Shown: positions 1 through 10,322 of the stretch, piece by piece
Numbering within the stretch: the first letter of the stretch is position 1
Layout: each line of letters opens with the position of its first letter
NCBI GenBank assembly: GCA_965223705.1
Contig: OZ245015.1
Location: 352,001 to 416,000 of the forward strand
Length of the DNA: 64,000 nt
Reading direction: 5' to 3'
DNA from: Myxococcota bacterium
GTDB lineage: Bacteria; Myxococcota_A; UBA9160; UBA6930
Notes under the pieces: model-generated
What the model was told of the DNA's origin: nothing
The model's input: only the letters and a program-made list of their open reading frames with translations
Database searches by the model: none
Translations under genes and position numbers: made by a program

Positions 1-2
1 CG

Positions 3-806
3 TTCGCCGAGGCGAGCCCGGCCCTGTGCCGCGCGCTGGCCGATGCGGAACAGGACGAACTCGAAGTGGCACACACCCAGGCGTTTGCCTTCCACGTGTT
101 TCCTTTCGCCGGTGTGTTCCTGCACGAAAGCGGCCAGGCGGGCGCGGGCGCCTCGAAGTTGCTCGAAGCGTACCGGCAGGTCGCTTTCGATCCCTGCGAC
201 GCGGCGCCAGGGCTCGATCATCTATCGACATTGTTGCGGGCCCTCGCGCAAGCGCACCGTGACACCGAGAGCGTCCGTCATCTGATCGACCACCACGTGT
301 TGTCCTGGCTGCCGGTATGGGTCGATGCGGTGAGGCGACTCGATCTCGCGTGGCCAGCGGCGCTCGCGACGCAGATCGAAGAACTCGTTACCCACCACCG
401 AGAAGCTCTCGGCCCGGGTGCGACGGAAGGGCCGCTCGGGTTACCGGTTCTTCCCGATCTCGAAGCGCGCGACACGGATTTTCAGCGGATCGCGTCCGCT
501 CTGACGACGCCGGCGATCGCGGGTGCATTCCTGAGTCGACATGATCTGACGACGATCGCGCGGGGTCTGGAGATCCCGACGGGGTTCGGATCGCGGGTAG
601 ATCTGCTTGCCAATACGATGGGCGGCGCCGTTCAGTACGAAAAGTTCCCCGAGCTTCTGCACAGAATCCGCGCGGTCTTTCTCGAAACGCGACAAGCGAT
701 TTCCGCGAGTTCGAGTAGCCGCCCCGAGAGTTGGACCGCACGGATGGATGCGTCGATGGCCATGTTGTCCCGACTCGGCGATGCCGCGCCGTCGGCGGCG
801 GCGTGA
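3..806 (+). CDS. TorD/DmsD-family molybdoenzyme maturation chaperone (5'-truncated by window edge)
   Basis: Frame is open from the window start; motifs HTQAF..VFPFAGVFL and DHLSTLLRAL..HVLSWLP resemble the TorD/DmsD PxxSxY and E-x-x-DH boxes. Confidence 0.65.
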   Translation, partial: FAEASPALCRALADAEQDELEVAHTQAFAFHVFPFAGVFLHESGQAGAGASKLLEAYRQVAFDPCDAAPGLDHLSTLLRALAQAHRDTESVRHLIDHHVLSWLPVWVDAVRRLDLAWPAALATQIEELVTHHREALGPGATEGPLGLPVLPDLEARDTDFQRIASALTTPAIAGAFLSRHDLTTIARGLEIPTGFGSRVDLLANTMGGAVQYEKFPELLHRIRAVFLETRQAISASSSSRPESWTARMDASMAMLSRLGDAAPSAAA

Positions 807-2728
807 CGGACAAGCAAAGTCGGTCGAGTATCTTCGCAGCGGATCTCGTGGCGGGCGTATCGGTCGCGCTCATCTTGATTCCCCAGGGCCTGGCGTACGC
901 CGAGCTCGCGGGAATGCCTCCGATCAACGGGCTGTACGCGGCGGCGTTGCCGCCGCTCGTCGCCGCCGCCTTTGCGTCGTCGCCTTGGTTGCAGACGGGC
1001 CCGGTTGCGCTCACAGCGTTGTTGACTTTCGGTGCGCTGTCCGCGCGCGCCGTCCCGGGGTCGAGCGATTACATCGGACAAGCCGCGCTCTTGGCGCTGG
1101 TCGTCGGCGTGTCGCGAATTCTCATCGGAGCACTCCGCGCCGGGGCCGTCACCTACCTGATGTCTCACGCCGTACTTCGGGGCTTCACGTTGGGAGCGGC
1201 GCTCCTCATCGCGGCTTCTCAGGTACCCGCAATCGTCGGCGCCGATCCCGCGGTTTCGGGCCTCATCGCTCGGGCCGGGAGCGCGCTGACTTCTCCGGGT
1301 TCGTGGAACCTTCCGGCGTTGGCCTTCGGCGCGCTCACCGTGGGATGTGTCGTCGGTGGCCGCTGGATCCACCCGCTGTTCCCAGGCCTCCTGCTCGCTG
1401 TCGCTGCGAGTACGGCCTTGTCTACGATGACGGGATACAGCGGACTGCGCGTTGGAGACATACCCGCAGGCTTTCCCGAGATTTCGTTGTCGCTTCCCTT
1501 TCACGAGCTCCCCTATCTGGTCTTCCCCGGAATGGTGATCGCGCTGGTGGGCTTCGCCGAGGCGGCATCGATTTCGCAGACCTTCGCCGAGCGAGAACAA
1601 CGCCCCTGGAATCCCAACCGGGAGTTCGTCAGCCAAGGCGCCGCAAATGTGGCCGCCGCATTGTCGGGCGCGTTTCCGGTCGGCGGCTCGTTTTCTCGAA
1701 GCGCGATCAACCATTTGGCCGGTGCGCGTACCCGTGCCGCGGGCGGTGTGACCGGGCTCGCCGTGCTCGCGATGCTTCCGTTCATGGCATTGTTGACGGC
1801 GCTTCCCAAAGCGGTTCTCGGTGTCGCGATCGTCGTGGCGATCCGGAATCTCATGGATCCCCGTCCACTGTTCGAACTCTGGCGATTGAGTCCCCTCCAA
1901 GGTGCCGTGGGCTTCGTGACTTTCGCGATGACCCTGATCTTCGCGCCGCGCGTCGAGCTCGCGGTGGTCTCGGGAGTGGCTATTGCGATCGCCGTCCACC
2001 TCTGGCGCGAGAGCCGCCAGGAATACGACGTGGAGCGGGTCGAACACCAACTCACGATCCGCCCCATGGGCGTGATGTGGTTCGGCTCGGCTCCGATTTT
2101 TCGGCGGGCACTGACGCGTTACTTGCGAGAGTCGCCGCCGGGAATTCGCTCGCTGGTGATCGATCTATCCGGTGTGGGCCGCCTCGATCTATCGGCTGCC
2201 TTCGCGCTTCGCGCGGCAATCGAGGCGGCGGAAGTGCGAGACGTGCGGGTGGCGCTTGCGAACGTGCCTCCCCAGCTCGAACGTATTGTCGAGCGTGTGT
2301 GTCCGGGTACGTCCGTGATTCACACCGCGACGCTCCCGACGCCACTCCTTCACAACCCAGAGGAAACAACCATGCCCATTGCCCCGAGTGAACTCGTCGC
2401 CCGCGCGAAGTCCGAAGTGCGAACGATCGATGCCGCCACCGCGGCGCGCGAAATCAAGTCCAATCCGAAGGCCTTGGTTCTAGACGTTCGCGAACCTTAC
2501 GAGCAGGAAGAAGGCACGGTACCCGGAGCCGAGTGTGTTCCTCGAGGCCTTCTCGAATCGAAGATCGGCAGCCTCTGTTCGTCCGCCGATCAAGAGATCC
2601 TGATCTACTGCGCCGCTGGCAATCGAGCGGCCCTCGCGGCGAAAACCCTCGTCGATATGGGTTACCCACGCGCCACGTGCATCGATAGCCCCTTCGCGGA
2701 ACTCAACGCCGCCGTCCGCGAACTGTGA
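803..2728 (+). CDS. SulP-family anion transporter with STAS domain and fused C-terminal rhodanese domain
   Basis: DLVAGVSVALILIPQGLAYAELAG and GSFSRSAIN SulP motifs; STAS (LVIDLSGVGRLD); rhodanese (LDVREP..YCAAGNRA); GTG start overlaps upstream TGA (GTGA). Confidence 0.9.
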   Translation: MTDKQSRSSIFAADLVAGVSVALILIPQGLAYAELAGMPPINGLYAAALPPLVAAAFASSPWLQTGPVALTALLTFGALSARAVPGSSDYIGQAALLALVVGVSRILIGALRAGAVTYLMSHAVLRGFTLGAALLIAASQVPAIVGADPAVSGLIARAGSALTSPGSWNLPALAFGALTVGCVVGGRWIHPLFPGLLLAVAASTALSTMTGYSGLRVGDIPAGFPEISLSLPFHELPYLVFPGMVIALVGFAEAASISQTFAEREQRPWNPNREFVSQGAANVAAALSGAFPVGGSFSRSAINHLAGARTRAAGGVTGLAVLAMLPFMALLTALPKAVLGVAIVVAIRNLMDPRPLFELWRLSPLQGAVGFVTFAMTLIFAPRVELAVVSGVAIAIAVHLWRESRQEYDVERVEHQLTIRPMGVMWFGSAPIFRRALTRYLRESPPGIRSLVIDLSGVGRLDLSAAFALRAAIEAAEVRDVRVALANVPPQLERIVERVCPGTSVIHTATLPTPLLHNPEETTMPIAPSELVARAKSEVRTIDAATAAREIKSNPKALVLDVREPYEQEEGTVPGAECVPRGLLESKIGSLCSSADQEILIYCAAGNRAALAAKTLVDMGYPRATCIDSPFAELNAAVREL

Positions 2729-3500
2729 ACTGCGGAAGAACGAAGAGGTAGTCGCCGCTTTCTCGGGCGGCATGGATACGAGCGCGGAAGTCGTCAGCGC
2801 GCGCTTTGTCGATGTTGTCGAACTTCTCGGCGTAGTCGAGCATGTTGTCGAGCACGGTCTGCAAGAAGCCCTTCTGGTCGACGACGGCGTTTACCCGGAC
2901 ATCGACGTCGATGAGGCCCGCTCGGCGAAAGGCGCCGGCCAAGCGGCGGCCGACGTAGGGCTCCCGAAACGCCGGCGCCGCCGCGACAAAAAGCTCTCGC
3001 ACTTCGTCGGGGGTGAGCGGTTCCGCCACGACGAAACCCCAGTCGCTGTCCACCGCCACTAGCAGCCCGCCGCTGTCGAGGACGCGGACGAGCTCCGCAA
3101 GCGTCGCGTCGAGGTCGGGTACGTATTCGAGGACGTTTTTCGCGAGCGCGCGATCGACGGAGTGGTCTGGAAGCGGGAGCGAATCGTCGGTCACGTGGTG
3201 AATGGTGGTGTAGCCTTCCGATCCCGCGCTTCGCGCAACTTCGCGCGCGCGCGCGACAAAGTCGGCATTGAGATCGACGCCCTGGACGCAGCCGCTCTCT
3301 CCCACGTGACGCGCTAGGTGTGCGGCGATATGCCCAGGCCCACATCCGAAATCGAGAACACGCAAGCCGGGGCGGAGCTCGAGAGGCGCCAGCAGCTTAT
3401 CGGCACGGTCGGGCTCGAGCGCGAACAGATCGTCGTAGCGGGCCAACCGCTCGGGGGCGATTTCGATCCAGTGGTCCCGGAAATAGTGCGTTCGGTCCAC
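2703..3500 (-). CDS. Class I SAM-dependent methyltransferase (UbiE-like)
   Basis: VLDFGCGPG motif I; GTG at 3500 preceded by GGAGG. Confidence 0.85.
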   Translation of the reverse strand: MDRTHYFRDHWIEIAPERLARYDDLFALEPDRADKLLAPLELRPGLRVLDFGCGPGHIAAHLARHVGESGCVQGVDLNADFVARAREVARSAGSEGYTTIHHVTDDSLPLPDHSVDRALAKNVLEYVPDLDATLAELVRVLDSGGLLVAVDSDWGFVVAEPLTPDEVRELFVAAAPAFREPYVGRRLAGAFRRAGLIDVDVRVNAVVDQKGFLQTVLDNMLDYAEKFDNIDKARADDFRARIHAARESGDYLFVLPQFTVRGRRR

Positions 3501-3508
3501 AAGCCCTC

Positions 3509-4270
3509 CTAGCGACGGGCGTAGAGCATTCCCGTCCTCGCTTGACCGTCCCAGCGAATGTCGACCGCGAAGCCGCGGTTGATGAGAAGCGCCGCGATCT
3601 CCTGGTGCGAAACAGGCGAGGTATCGTCGTGAAATTCCATGGCGATCTTGCGGATTCGCGCGAGCGTCTCGGCAGACGTCGCGGGGAGAAAGAGCCCTTC
3701 TGCGCCTTCGCAATCGATCTTCAGAAAATCGACCGTCGCGAGCCCCGCTTCGTCGAGGACGGTGTCCAGTGGAACGCCCGCTACCTCGAGCACGTTGCCC
3801 GGGACGACGTCCCGGCCTCCCGCGAACAGTTGATGCGTCGTTCCACTGTGACCCGGAAAGAGCTTGACCGTACCCGGGTGGTCGGTGACGGCGTAGGGAA
3901 GCACGCGAACGTCGCGACAATCGTTTGCTTCGAGATTCATGTCGAGGAACCGCCGATTTTCGGGGTGGGGCTCGACGGCGACCACCGGTCCTCGTGTGCG
4001 CTGCGCGGCGAACACCGTGAAGCTGCCGAAGTTCGCACCGATGTCGACAACGGCATCTTGCGAGCCGATGGAGTATCCGCGCGGTGTGTACACGTGCTTG
4101 AAAAACACGCCCGCGACGGGACGCACGACGTTCGTATCGCGTGGCGACTGAAAGCGGGTGTCGTCGCGCATGACCAAGTGCGTCGGCTTTTCACCGCTGC
4201 GGGTGGCTCGGGTGATCTCCCGCCAGTTCCGAAAACGCCGCGCGTACCGCAGGGTGCGAGCTAGGGGCAT
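3509..4270 (-). CDS. FkbM-family methyltransferase
   Basis: VVDIGANFG, VEPHP and FLKIDCEGAE motifs. Confidence 0.9.
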   Translation of the reverse strand: MPLARTLRYARRFRNWREITRATRSGEKPTHLVMRDDTRFQSPRDTNVVRPVAGVFFKHVYTPRGYSIGSQDAVVDIGANFGSFTVFAAQRTRGPVVAVEPHPENRRFLDMNLEANDCRDVRVLPYAVTDHPGTVKLFPGHSGTTHQLFAGGRDVVPGNVLEVAGVPLDTVLDEAGLATVDFLKIDCEGAEGLFLPATSAETLARIRKIAMEFHDDTSPVSHQEIAALLINRGFAVDIRWDGQARTGMLYARR

Positions 4271-5418
4271 CAGGTTTCTGCCCGCTGTGCCGCGTTCTCT
4301 TCGGGTTCCGCGGCGGTGTGGGCGTGGGGGAGGAGGTTCCAGTAGAGGGATTCGAGCTGCTCCGCGATTCGCGGCCAGACGCGCTCTTGGGAAACCGCGA
4401 GTGCGCCTTCGCCGAGTTGTCGTCGCTCTTCGGGATGGTCCATCAATCGTGCGAGTGCGGTCGCCAGGGCATCGAGATCGTCGGGTGGAACCAATCGCGC
4501 GGCTTGCCCCGAAGCAGCGCCCTCCGCAATCGCGCCGACATCACTCGCGATGATGGGGATGCCACGCGCTTGGAGCTCGAGCATGGCTCCGGGGATCATG
4601 TCTTTGCGTGAGGGAACGACACCGATGCTCGCCTCGCGAAACAAGCGCTCCTTCTGCTCGCCGGAAACATGACCGGGTAGGAAGATGCGACCGCCGTTGC
4701 GAAGGCGCCCCGCGAGTTTCCGCAAACGTCGCAGCTCGCGACCCTCACCGGCGACGACGAGTTGCCAGTTCGGGCGCTCGCTCGCGATGCGATCGAACGC
4801 CTGCATCAGCACGTCGAACCCTTTGCTCGTCACGATGCGACCCAAAGCGAAGATCACTGCGCGTTGCTGCTCGGGATCGCGGCGGATCACACGATCGACG
4901 CCGTTCCATACGACGTGGACGCGATCGGACGGCGCGCCGGCCTCGATGGCGCGCTCGGCACTCCACGCGGTCGGCGCGACGATGGCATCGAGCGCCGGCA
5001 GAGCGGCTCGGCCGAGACGGCGTGGGTAGTGGCCCTGGGAACCCGTGTGAGGGGTCGCGACGAGGGCGGGTCGGTCAAAAGCCCACCGGACGGCGCGCAT
5101 CGGCAGGATGACCGCACCGTGGGGTTGCGAGGCGTGGAAGTGAATCACGTCTGCGCGGATACGCCGCTGCAGCGCGAGGAGAAACGGGAGCTGCCCGACG
5201 TGGCCAATGCGCGCCGGCCACGGGTGGATCACGACGTCGTCGACCGGTTCGGGAGGGCCTCCGTCCCGCGCGCGACCTGCGAAGTGGATCGCGTGGCCGC
5301 GAGCCGCGAGCGCCTTTGCCGCACCGGACGTGACCCGCCCGATCCCGCCCCGCCAGCGGTGCTCGAGTTTCGAGAGCACGTAGAGGATTCGCATGGGCTG
5401 TCGGGCCGCGGTGGTCAT
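4270..5418 (-). CDS. Glycosyltransferase family 4 (GT-B)
   Basis: GGIGR N-terminal motif, LGRIVTSKGFD, PIIASDVG. Confidence 0.85.
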   Translation of the reverse strand: MTTAARQPMRILYVLSKLEHRWRGGIGRVTSGAAKALAARGHAIHFAGRARDGGPPEPVDDVVIHPWPARIGHVGQLPFLLALQRRIRADVIHFHASQPHGAVILPMRAVRWAFDRPALVATPHTGSQGHYPRRLGRAALPALDAIVAPTAWSAERAIEAGAPSDRVHVVWNGVDRVIRRDPEQQRAVIFALGRIVTSKGFDVLMQAFDRIASERPNWQLVVAGEGRELRRLRKLAGRLRNGGRIFLPGHVSGEQKERLFREASIGVVPSRKDMIPGAMLELQARGIPIIASDVGAIAEGAASGQAARLVPPDDLDALATALARLMDHPEERRQLGEGALAVSQERVWPRIAEQLESLYWNLLPHAHTAAEPEENAAQRAET

Positions 5419-5440
5419 GACCCATGAACTATAGACCGCC

Positions 5441-7411
5441 CTAGCGCGCTTCGTGGAGGAGCGCCTGGAGCCGATCGACGGCGTCGACGCTTCCGAAAAT
5501 CAGCAGCCGATCGCCCGGCTCGAGCGCAAAATCCGCCGGCGGCCCCGGGAAGGACCGCGAGCCGCGTTCGACCACGAGGACGCTCGCTCCCGTTTGCGCA
5601 CGCACTCCCAGAGATTCGAGCGTCGCGTGCGACGGGATCGATTCCGGCACGTCGACCCAATCCGTCGGAATCTGCTCGAGGATCTCTGCCAGCCAAGGGT
5701 CGAGGCCCATCCCCGGCGGCGCACGCAATGCCTGGTAGCCCTCTTCGCGGAGCTCACCCGTGAAGCGCGCGATCGCACCCTCGGCCACCGTGCACTGGCG
5801 AAGAACTTCGGCCACGAGATCCACGGTTCCTTCGAGCTCTTCCGCTACGACGATATCGGCCCCGGTCGCGGAGAGTGGATCGAGCTCGAGGATGTAGCGG
5901 GTTTTCACCAGAATACGCGTGTTCGGAGCGAGCGTGCGCACCAGGGTGACGACTTCGCGCGTCGCGATAGGGTCGGAGACCGCGACGACGACAAATCGCG
6001 CGTGTTCAATGCCGAGCCTCTCGAGCAACGGACGTCGGGTCGCGTCGCCGTAGACGATTCGTTCGTTTCGCGCCTGCGCTTCCTCGACGACCGTCGGGTT
6101 CGTCTCTGTCGCGATATACGGGACGTCGATGGCGCGCAGCACCCGCGCGACATTGCGTCCCGCCAAGCCGAAGCCGATCACCACGCCGTGGTCGCGCAGC
6201 TCGTCGCTCTGTCGCAGCTGCTGGACGGATCCGACGGGGACACCTCGCTTCGTCGCGAGCCACCGGACGAGCACCGGGCCGGCGCGCATCAAGAAGGGGG
6301 TCGCGATCAGTGTGATGACGGAACCCGCAACGAACACTTGCTGGAAGCGGGCTCCCAGGAGACCCGCGTCACTCGCTTCGGTCGCCAATACAAACGAGAA
6401 CTCGCCGGTCTGCGCGAGTGCCAAGCCGGAGAGAATCGCGGTTCGCGGACTTCGGCGGAGCAGGAACAAAATAACGACGGCGATGAGGAGTGCTTTTCCG
6501 AGTACGACAGCCGTGACGTAGCCGAGCACTTCCATCGACAGATCGAGTGCTGTACTCGGATCGAGCAACATGCCGATCGCCGTAAAGAAGAGGCCGAGGA
6601 AGACGCCGCGAAGCGGAACGATCTCTGAAAAGAGCTGATAGGAATACGGGGATGTGGCCGCGACGATTCCGCCGACAAAGGCACCGACAGCCAACGTGAG
6701 GCCGATCTCTTCGGCGACGACCGCGGTTCCGATGACGAGAAGGAGCCCCACGAGGCTGAACAGCTCACGCGAACGCAAGTGGACGACGCGCACGAGCACG
6801 AGAGGCACGAGGAAGCGCGCTGCCGCGAAGAGCGCCGCGATTCCGAGAAGGGCCTTGCCGAGTGTGAGAGCGATGTCGTGCGGCGTGAACGCCGTCTCTC
6901 CCGCGAGGATCGGAATCGCCAAGAGGAATGGGACGATGCACAGATCCTGAAACAGCAAGATACCCACGGCGAGCTGGCCGTGGGGTGCATCGACTTCACC
7001 GCGTTCCTGGAGGAGCCCGATCACGAGCGCGGTACTCGACATCGTGATGAGTGCGCCGACGACAATCGACGTCGCCCAGGGCGCACCAAACGCGTGGGCG
7101 ACCGCCGCGCCGGCGCCGAGGGTTCCGACGACTTGCAGCGCGCCCGCCGTCGCGGCTGCCTTCCACATCCGCCGAACGCGTTCGATCGGAAGCTCGAGGC
7201 CGATCTCGAAGAGCAGAAACACCACTCCGAGCTCCGCCAAGGCGCGAACGCGATCGGGATCGTTGACGATGCCGAGAGCACCCGGGCCGAGGAGCGCCCC
7301 CATGACGAGAAATCCGGCGATCGCCGGAAGCCCGAGCCGCTCAAACAGAGCGACGCCCGCCGCAGCGACGGCTACGACGATCAGAAGCTCAGTAACGAGG
7401 CCCCCCTCCAA
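5441..7411 (-). CDS. Monovalent cation:proton antiporter-2 (Kef-type) with TrkA-N and TrkA-C domains
   Basis: AELGVVFLLFEIGLE, GILLFQD, LAQTGEFSFV, GFGLAG and YGDAT motifs; start uncertain. Confidence 0.9.
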   Translation of the reverse strand: MEGGLVTELLIVVAVAAAGVALFERLGLPAIAGFLVMGALLGPGALGIVNDPDRVRALAELGVVFLLFEIGLELPIERVRRMWKAAATAGALQVVGTLGAGAAVAHAFGAPWATSIVVGALITMSSTALVIGLLQERGEVDAPHGQLAVGILLFQDLCIVPFLLAIPILAGETAFTPHDIALTLGKALLGIAALFAAARFLVPLVLVRVVHLRSRELFSLVGLLLVIGTAVVAEEIGLTLAVGAFVGGIVAATSPYSYQLFSEIVPLRGVFLGLFFTAIGMLLDPSTALDLSMEVLGYVTAVVLGKALLIAVVILFLLRRSPRTAILSGLALAQTGEFSFVLATEASDAGLLGARFQQVFVAGSVITLIATPFLMRAGPVLVRWLATKRGVPVGSVQQLRQSDELRDHGVVIGFGLAGRNVARVLRAIDVPYIATETNPTVVEEAQARNERIVYGDATRRPLLERLGIEHARFVVVAVSDPIATREVVTLVRTLAPNTRILVKTRYILELDPLSATGADIVVAEELEGTVDLVAEVLRQCTVAEGAIARFTGELREEGYQALRAPPGMGLDPWLAEILEQIPTDWVDVPESIPSHATLESLGVRAQTGASVLVVERGSRSFPGPPADFALEPGDRLLIFGSVDAVDRLQALLHEAR

Positions 7412-7452
7412 GAGCTACGGCCCGGCGCTCGGGGGGAATCCCACGACGTTGC

Positions 7453-9162
7453 TCAGAACCGCGAGGACCGAAGGGTGACGTCGGACCGTTCCCACGCAAA
7501 GGAAAGACCGCGTCGGGCGAGTTCCGCTTGGGCACTCTTGCCTTGCGCGTCGAGAGCCAACGCGAGGCCCATGAGCGACCAACCGTTCTTCGGGTTCTTC
7601 TTCAGATCCGCTCGGTAGACTTGTTCGGCTTCCGCACTGCGACCGTTCTCGAGGAGAACGGCACCCAGGGCTTGCCGAACCGGGAAGTACCAAGGAGGCG
7701 GTTCCATATACACCAATGCGAGTTCTCGCGAGACGCCTTCCTCGAGGGCTGCGATCGCTTCGTCTACGGCACCGCGCTTCGCAGCGAGTTCGCCACTCAG
7801 GTGGGAGCTGGCAATTTCGAGGAGCGCTCTCGCCGGCGAGGTACCGCCTGCGACGAGCATCTCCTCCATCTCGGGCGTGGCGGCGATCTCGTCGAGCTTG
7901 GCCAGCTCGGCTTCCGCGTCGTCTAGCGCATCGGAACGAACCCGGGCCATCCCCCGTGTGTAGTGCCACATGCCCCGCACGTACTTCCAATCTTCGGGAG
8001 GGGCTTCGCCGGCGAGAATCGAATCCCAACGACCGAAGCGCGCCAACGTAAGCGTCGGGATCGCCAACCATTCCTGCACAAAGGGCCAGTCGTCGGCAAA
8101 GCCCTTGACGCTTTCGAAGAGCTTGCGCGCCGCGCCGATCGACGCCGCGCTCTGACCGCTCATCGAGGCTGCGGCCCACAAGAAGTGCACGTTGTGGGGG
8201 TAGTACCCGACGCGATAAAAGTCTCCACCGCGACACCAGGCGAAGAGGTCTTCGTCGGTATCGATGGCGCGAATATTCGATCCCCAGGCCTCGCCGTAGC
8301 GACCGACGCGCCAGTAGATGTGAGAGGACATGTGAACGAGGTGCCCGGCATCGGGCGCAATGGTGACGAGGCGATCGGCGGACGGCACGCCCTTTTCCGG
8401 AAAGTGCTCTTCAACCGCGTGGATGTAGAGATGATTCGCGCCCGGATGCATCGGATCGCGCTCGATCACCGCTTCGAGTACCGCCACGATCTTGTCGGTG
8501 TGCTCGCGCGGTTCCGCGTCGTCGGTCCAGTAATTCCACGGGTATAGATTCATCATCGATTCCGCGTAGATCGTCGCGACGTCGAGATCGTCGGGATACT
8601 TCTCGGCGAGCGCTCCCATCGCCTCGGCAAACGCGCCGTCGAGTGCGGCCCGGTCGGCCTCGGGATCCTCGGCGTAGCGCGTCGCGAGCGCATCGATCAG
8701 GTCCCGTTCGGCTTCACTCGCCTTGGGTGCGAGCTGTTGCGCCTGACCGAGGGCTTCCCAGGCGGCTGCTCCGGCCTCGGGGCCCATCGGCAAGTTGATG
8801 TTCGGCCCATACGCGAAGGACACGCCCCACCAGCAAATGGCGCAATCGGGATCGAGTCGGGCCGCTTCCCGAAACGCGGCAATCGCCTGCTCGTGATTGA
8901 AGCCGTAGGTGAGGACCAGACCTTGGTCGAAGTAGCGCTGCGCCTCGGCATTCCCCGTGCTGATGCGGCGCCCATACTCCCCTAGATCACGCCGCAGGCG
9001 CGGGCGGTACGCTTCCGCTTCCGGCGCTTCTCGCACGTCCGCGACCTCGGCGACCGGCTCCCCCTTTGACGCGGGCTCCCCAGTAGGCCCGCATCCGATG
9101 AGGCCACTCAAAGCGACAAAGCACACTCCCAAGCCTGCAAGAAACCGAGCGCCCGTCTTCAT
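7453..9162 (-). CDS. Tetratricopeptide-repeat lipoprotein, function unknown
   Basis: Lipobox-like LIGC; TPR-like helices; conserved-looking HPGANHLYIHAVE and AGHLVHMSSHIY segments; GGGAGG RBS. Confidence 0.75.
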   Translation of the reverse strand: MKTGARFLAGLGVCFVALSGLIGCGPTGEPASKGEPVAEVADVREAPEAEAYRPRLRRDLGEYGRRISTGNAEAQRYFDQGLVLTYGFNHEQAIAAFREAARLDPDCAICWWGVSFAYGPNINLPMGPEAGAAAWEALGQAQQLAPKASEAERDLIDALATRYAEDPEADRAALDGAFAEAMGALAEKYPDDLDVATIYAESMMNLYPWNYWTDDAEPREHTDKIVAVLEAVIERDPMHPGANHLYIHAVEEHFPEKGVPSADRLVTIAPDAGHLVHMSSHIYWRVGRYGEAWGSNIRAIDTDEDLFAWCRGGDFYRVGYYPHNVHFLWAAASMSGQSAASIGAARKLFESVKGFADDWPFVQEWLAIPTLTLARFGRWDSILAGEAPPEDWKYVRGMWHYTRGMARVRSDALDDAEAELAKLDEIAATPEMEEMLVAGGTSPARALLEIASSHLSGELAAKRGAVDEAIAALEEGVSRELALVYMEPPPWYFPVRQALGAVLLENGRSAEAEQVYRADLKKNPKNGWSLMGLALALDAQGKSAQAELARRGLSFAWERSDVTLRSSRF

Positions 9163-9235
9163 GTTCCCTCCCTCTTTCGTTTCTCAGCGACCACAAGAAT
9201 GGCACGCCCCGCAGAAGCGTCCACATCTCGTAATT

Positions 9236-9257
9236 GTCACGGGATCGTCACGGGATC
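9236..9257 (+). promoter_or_regulatory. Pho-box-like / OmpR-family direct repeat (GTCACGGGATC x2)
   Basis: Two perfect 11-bp tandem units with GTCAC core, ending about 55 bp upstream of the gapdh start. Confidence 0.5.
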
Positions 9258-9311
9258 GCCCCTTTGTCGCCGGGGTGACGGGCGAGGGTATCGCCGGGGA
9301 GGGCCGGTGCC

Positions 9312-10322
9312 GTGCGAGTCGGAATCAACGGCTTTGGACGAATGGGTCGCCTGGCTCTTCGAGTGGGACTGGCACGTCCGGAATGGAGCTTCGTTGCGGT
9401 CAACGAGATCGCCGGGGACCCCGAGCAACTCGCGTTGCTCTTGGAATTCGACTCCGCAAAGGGACGCCTTCCGACCCCGTGTCGCGCCGCCGAAGGCGCT
9501 CTGCACGTCGGTGACAGTCGCTTGCGGCTCACGCGCGAAGCCAGTCCCAGTGAGATCCCCTGGGCGGATCTCGGCGTCGACCTTGTACTCGAATGCACCG
9601 GGCGTTTTCGGCGGGCCGATTTGCTCAAGCCTCACCTCGCAGGGGGGGCTATGCGAGTGGTGGTCTCGTGCCCGGTTCCCGACGTGCCGAACATCGTGCT
9701 GGGCGTAAACGACAGCGATGACGCGATCCGCGGCGAGCCGATCGTGACCGCGGCGTCCTGCACGACGAACGCGCTGGCGCCGCTCGTTCGCGTGCTCCAC
9801 GACGCGGTCGGGATCGAGCGTGGTCTGGTGACAACGATCCACGCACCGACCAACTCTCAGGTCGTCCTCGATCGGCCGCACACCGACGCGCGGCGAGCGC
9901 GTTCTGCCGCAGCGAATCTCATTCCCACGACGACGAACTCTGCGCACGCGGTGGGGCTCATCGTTCCCGAGCTCGCCGGAAAGCTCGATAGCATCGCGAT
10001 CCGAACACCCGTGCAGAACGCGTCGCTCGTCGACGCGGTCTTTCATGTCTCGCGGGACACAACGGTGTCGGCGATCCGGGAGACGTTTTGCGCGGCCGCG
10101 GAAGGGCCGGCGCTAGCCGGCATCCTGGGCGTTGAAGATCGTCCCTTGGTGAGTTCCGACTTCGCACTCGATCCGCGCAGTGTCATTGTCGACACAAACA
10201 TGATCCGCGTGACAGACCACCGCCTCGTGAAGCTGGTCGCTTGGTACGACAATGAGTGGGGGTACGCGAACCGCTTGATGGAGCTCGCCGCACGGCTCGC
10301 CGGTTCGCTTTCCTCCTCGTGA
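9312..10322 (+). CDS. ArsJ-associated glyceraldehyde-3-phosphate dehydrogenase
   Basis: GINGFGRMGR, ASCTTN catalytic Cys and WYDNEWGY; coupled to arsJ (GTGA overlap). Confidence 0.9.
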   Translation: MRVGINGFGRMGRLALRVGLARPEWSFVAVNEIAGDPEQLALLLEFDSAKGRLPTPCRAAEGALHVGDSRLRLTREASPSEIPWADLGVDLVLECTGRFRRADLLKPHLAGGAMRVVVSCPVPDVPNIVLGVNDSDDAIRGEPIVTAASCTTNALAPLVRVLHDAVGIERGLVTTIHAPTNSQVVLDRPHTDARRARSAAANLIPTTTNSAHAVGLIVPELAGKLDSIAIRTPVQNASLVDAVFHVSRDTTVSAIRETFCAAAEGPALAGILGVEDRPLVSSDFALDPRSVIVDTNMIRVTDHRLVKLVAWYDNEWGYANRLMELAARLAGSLSSS

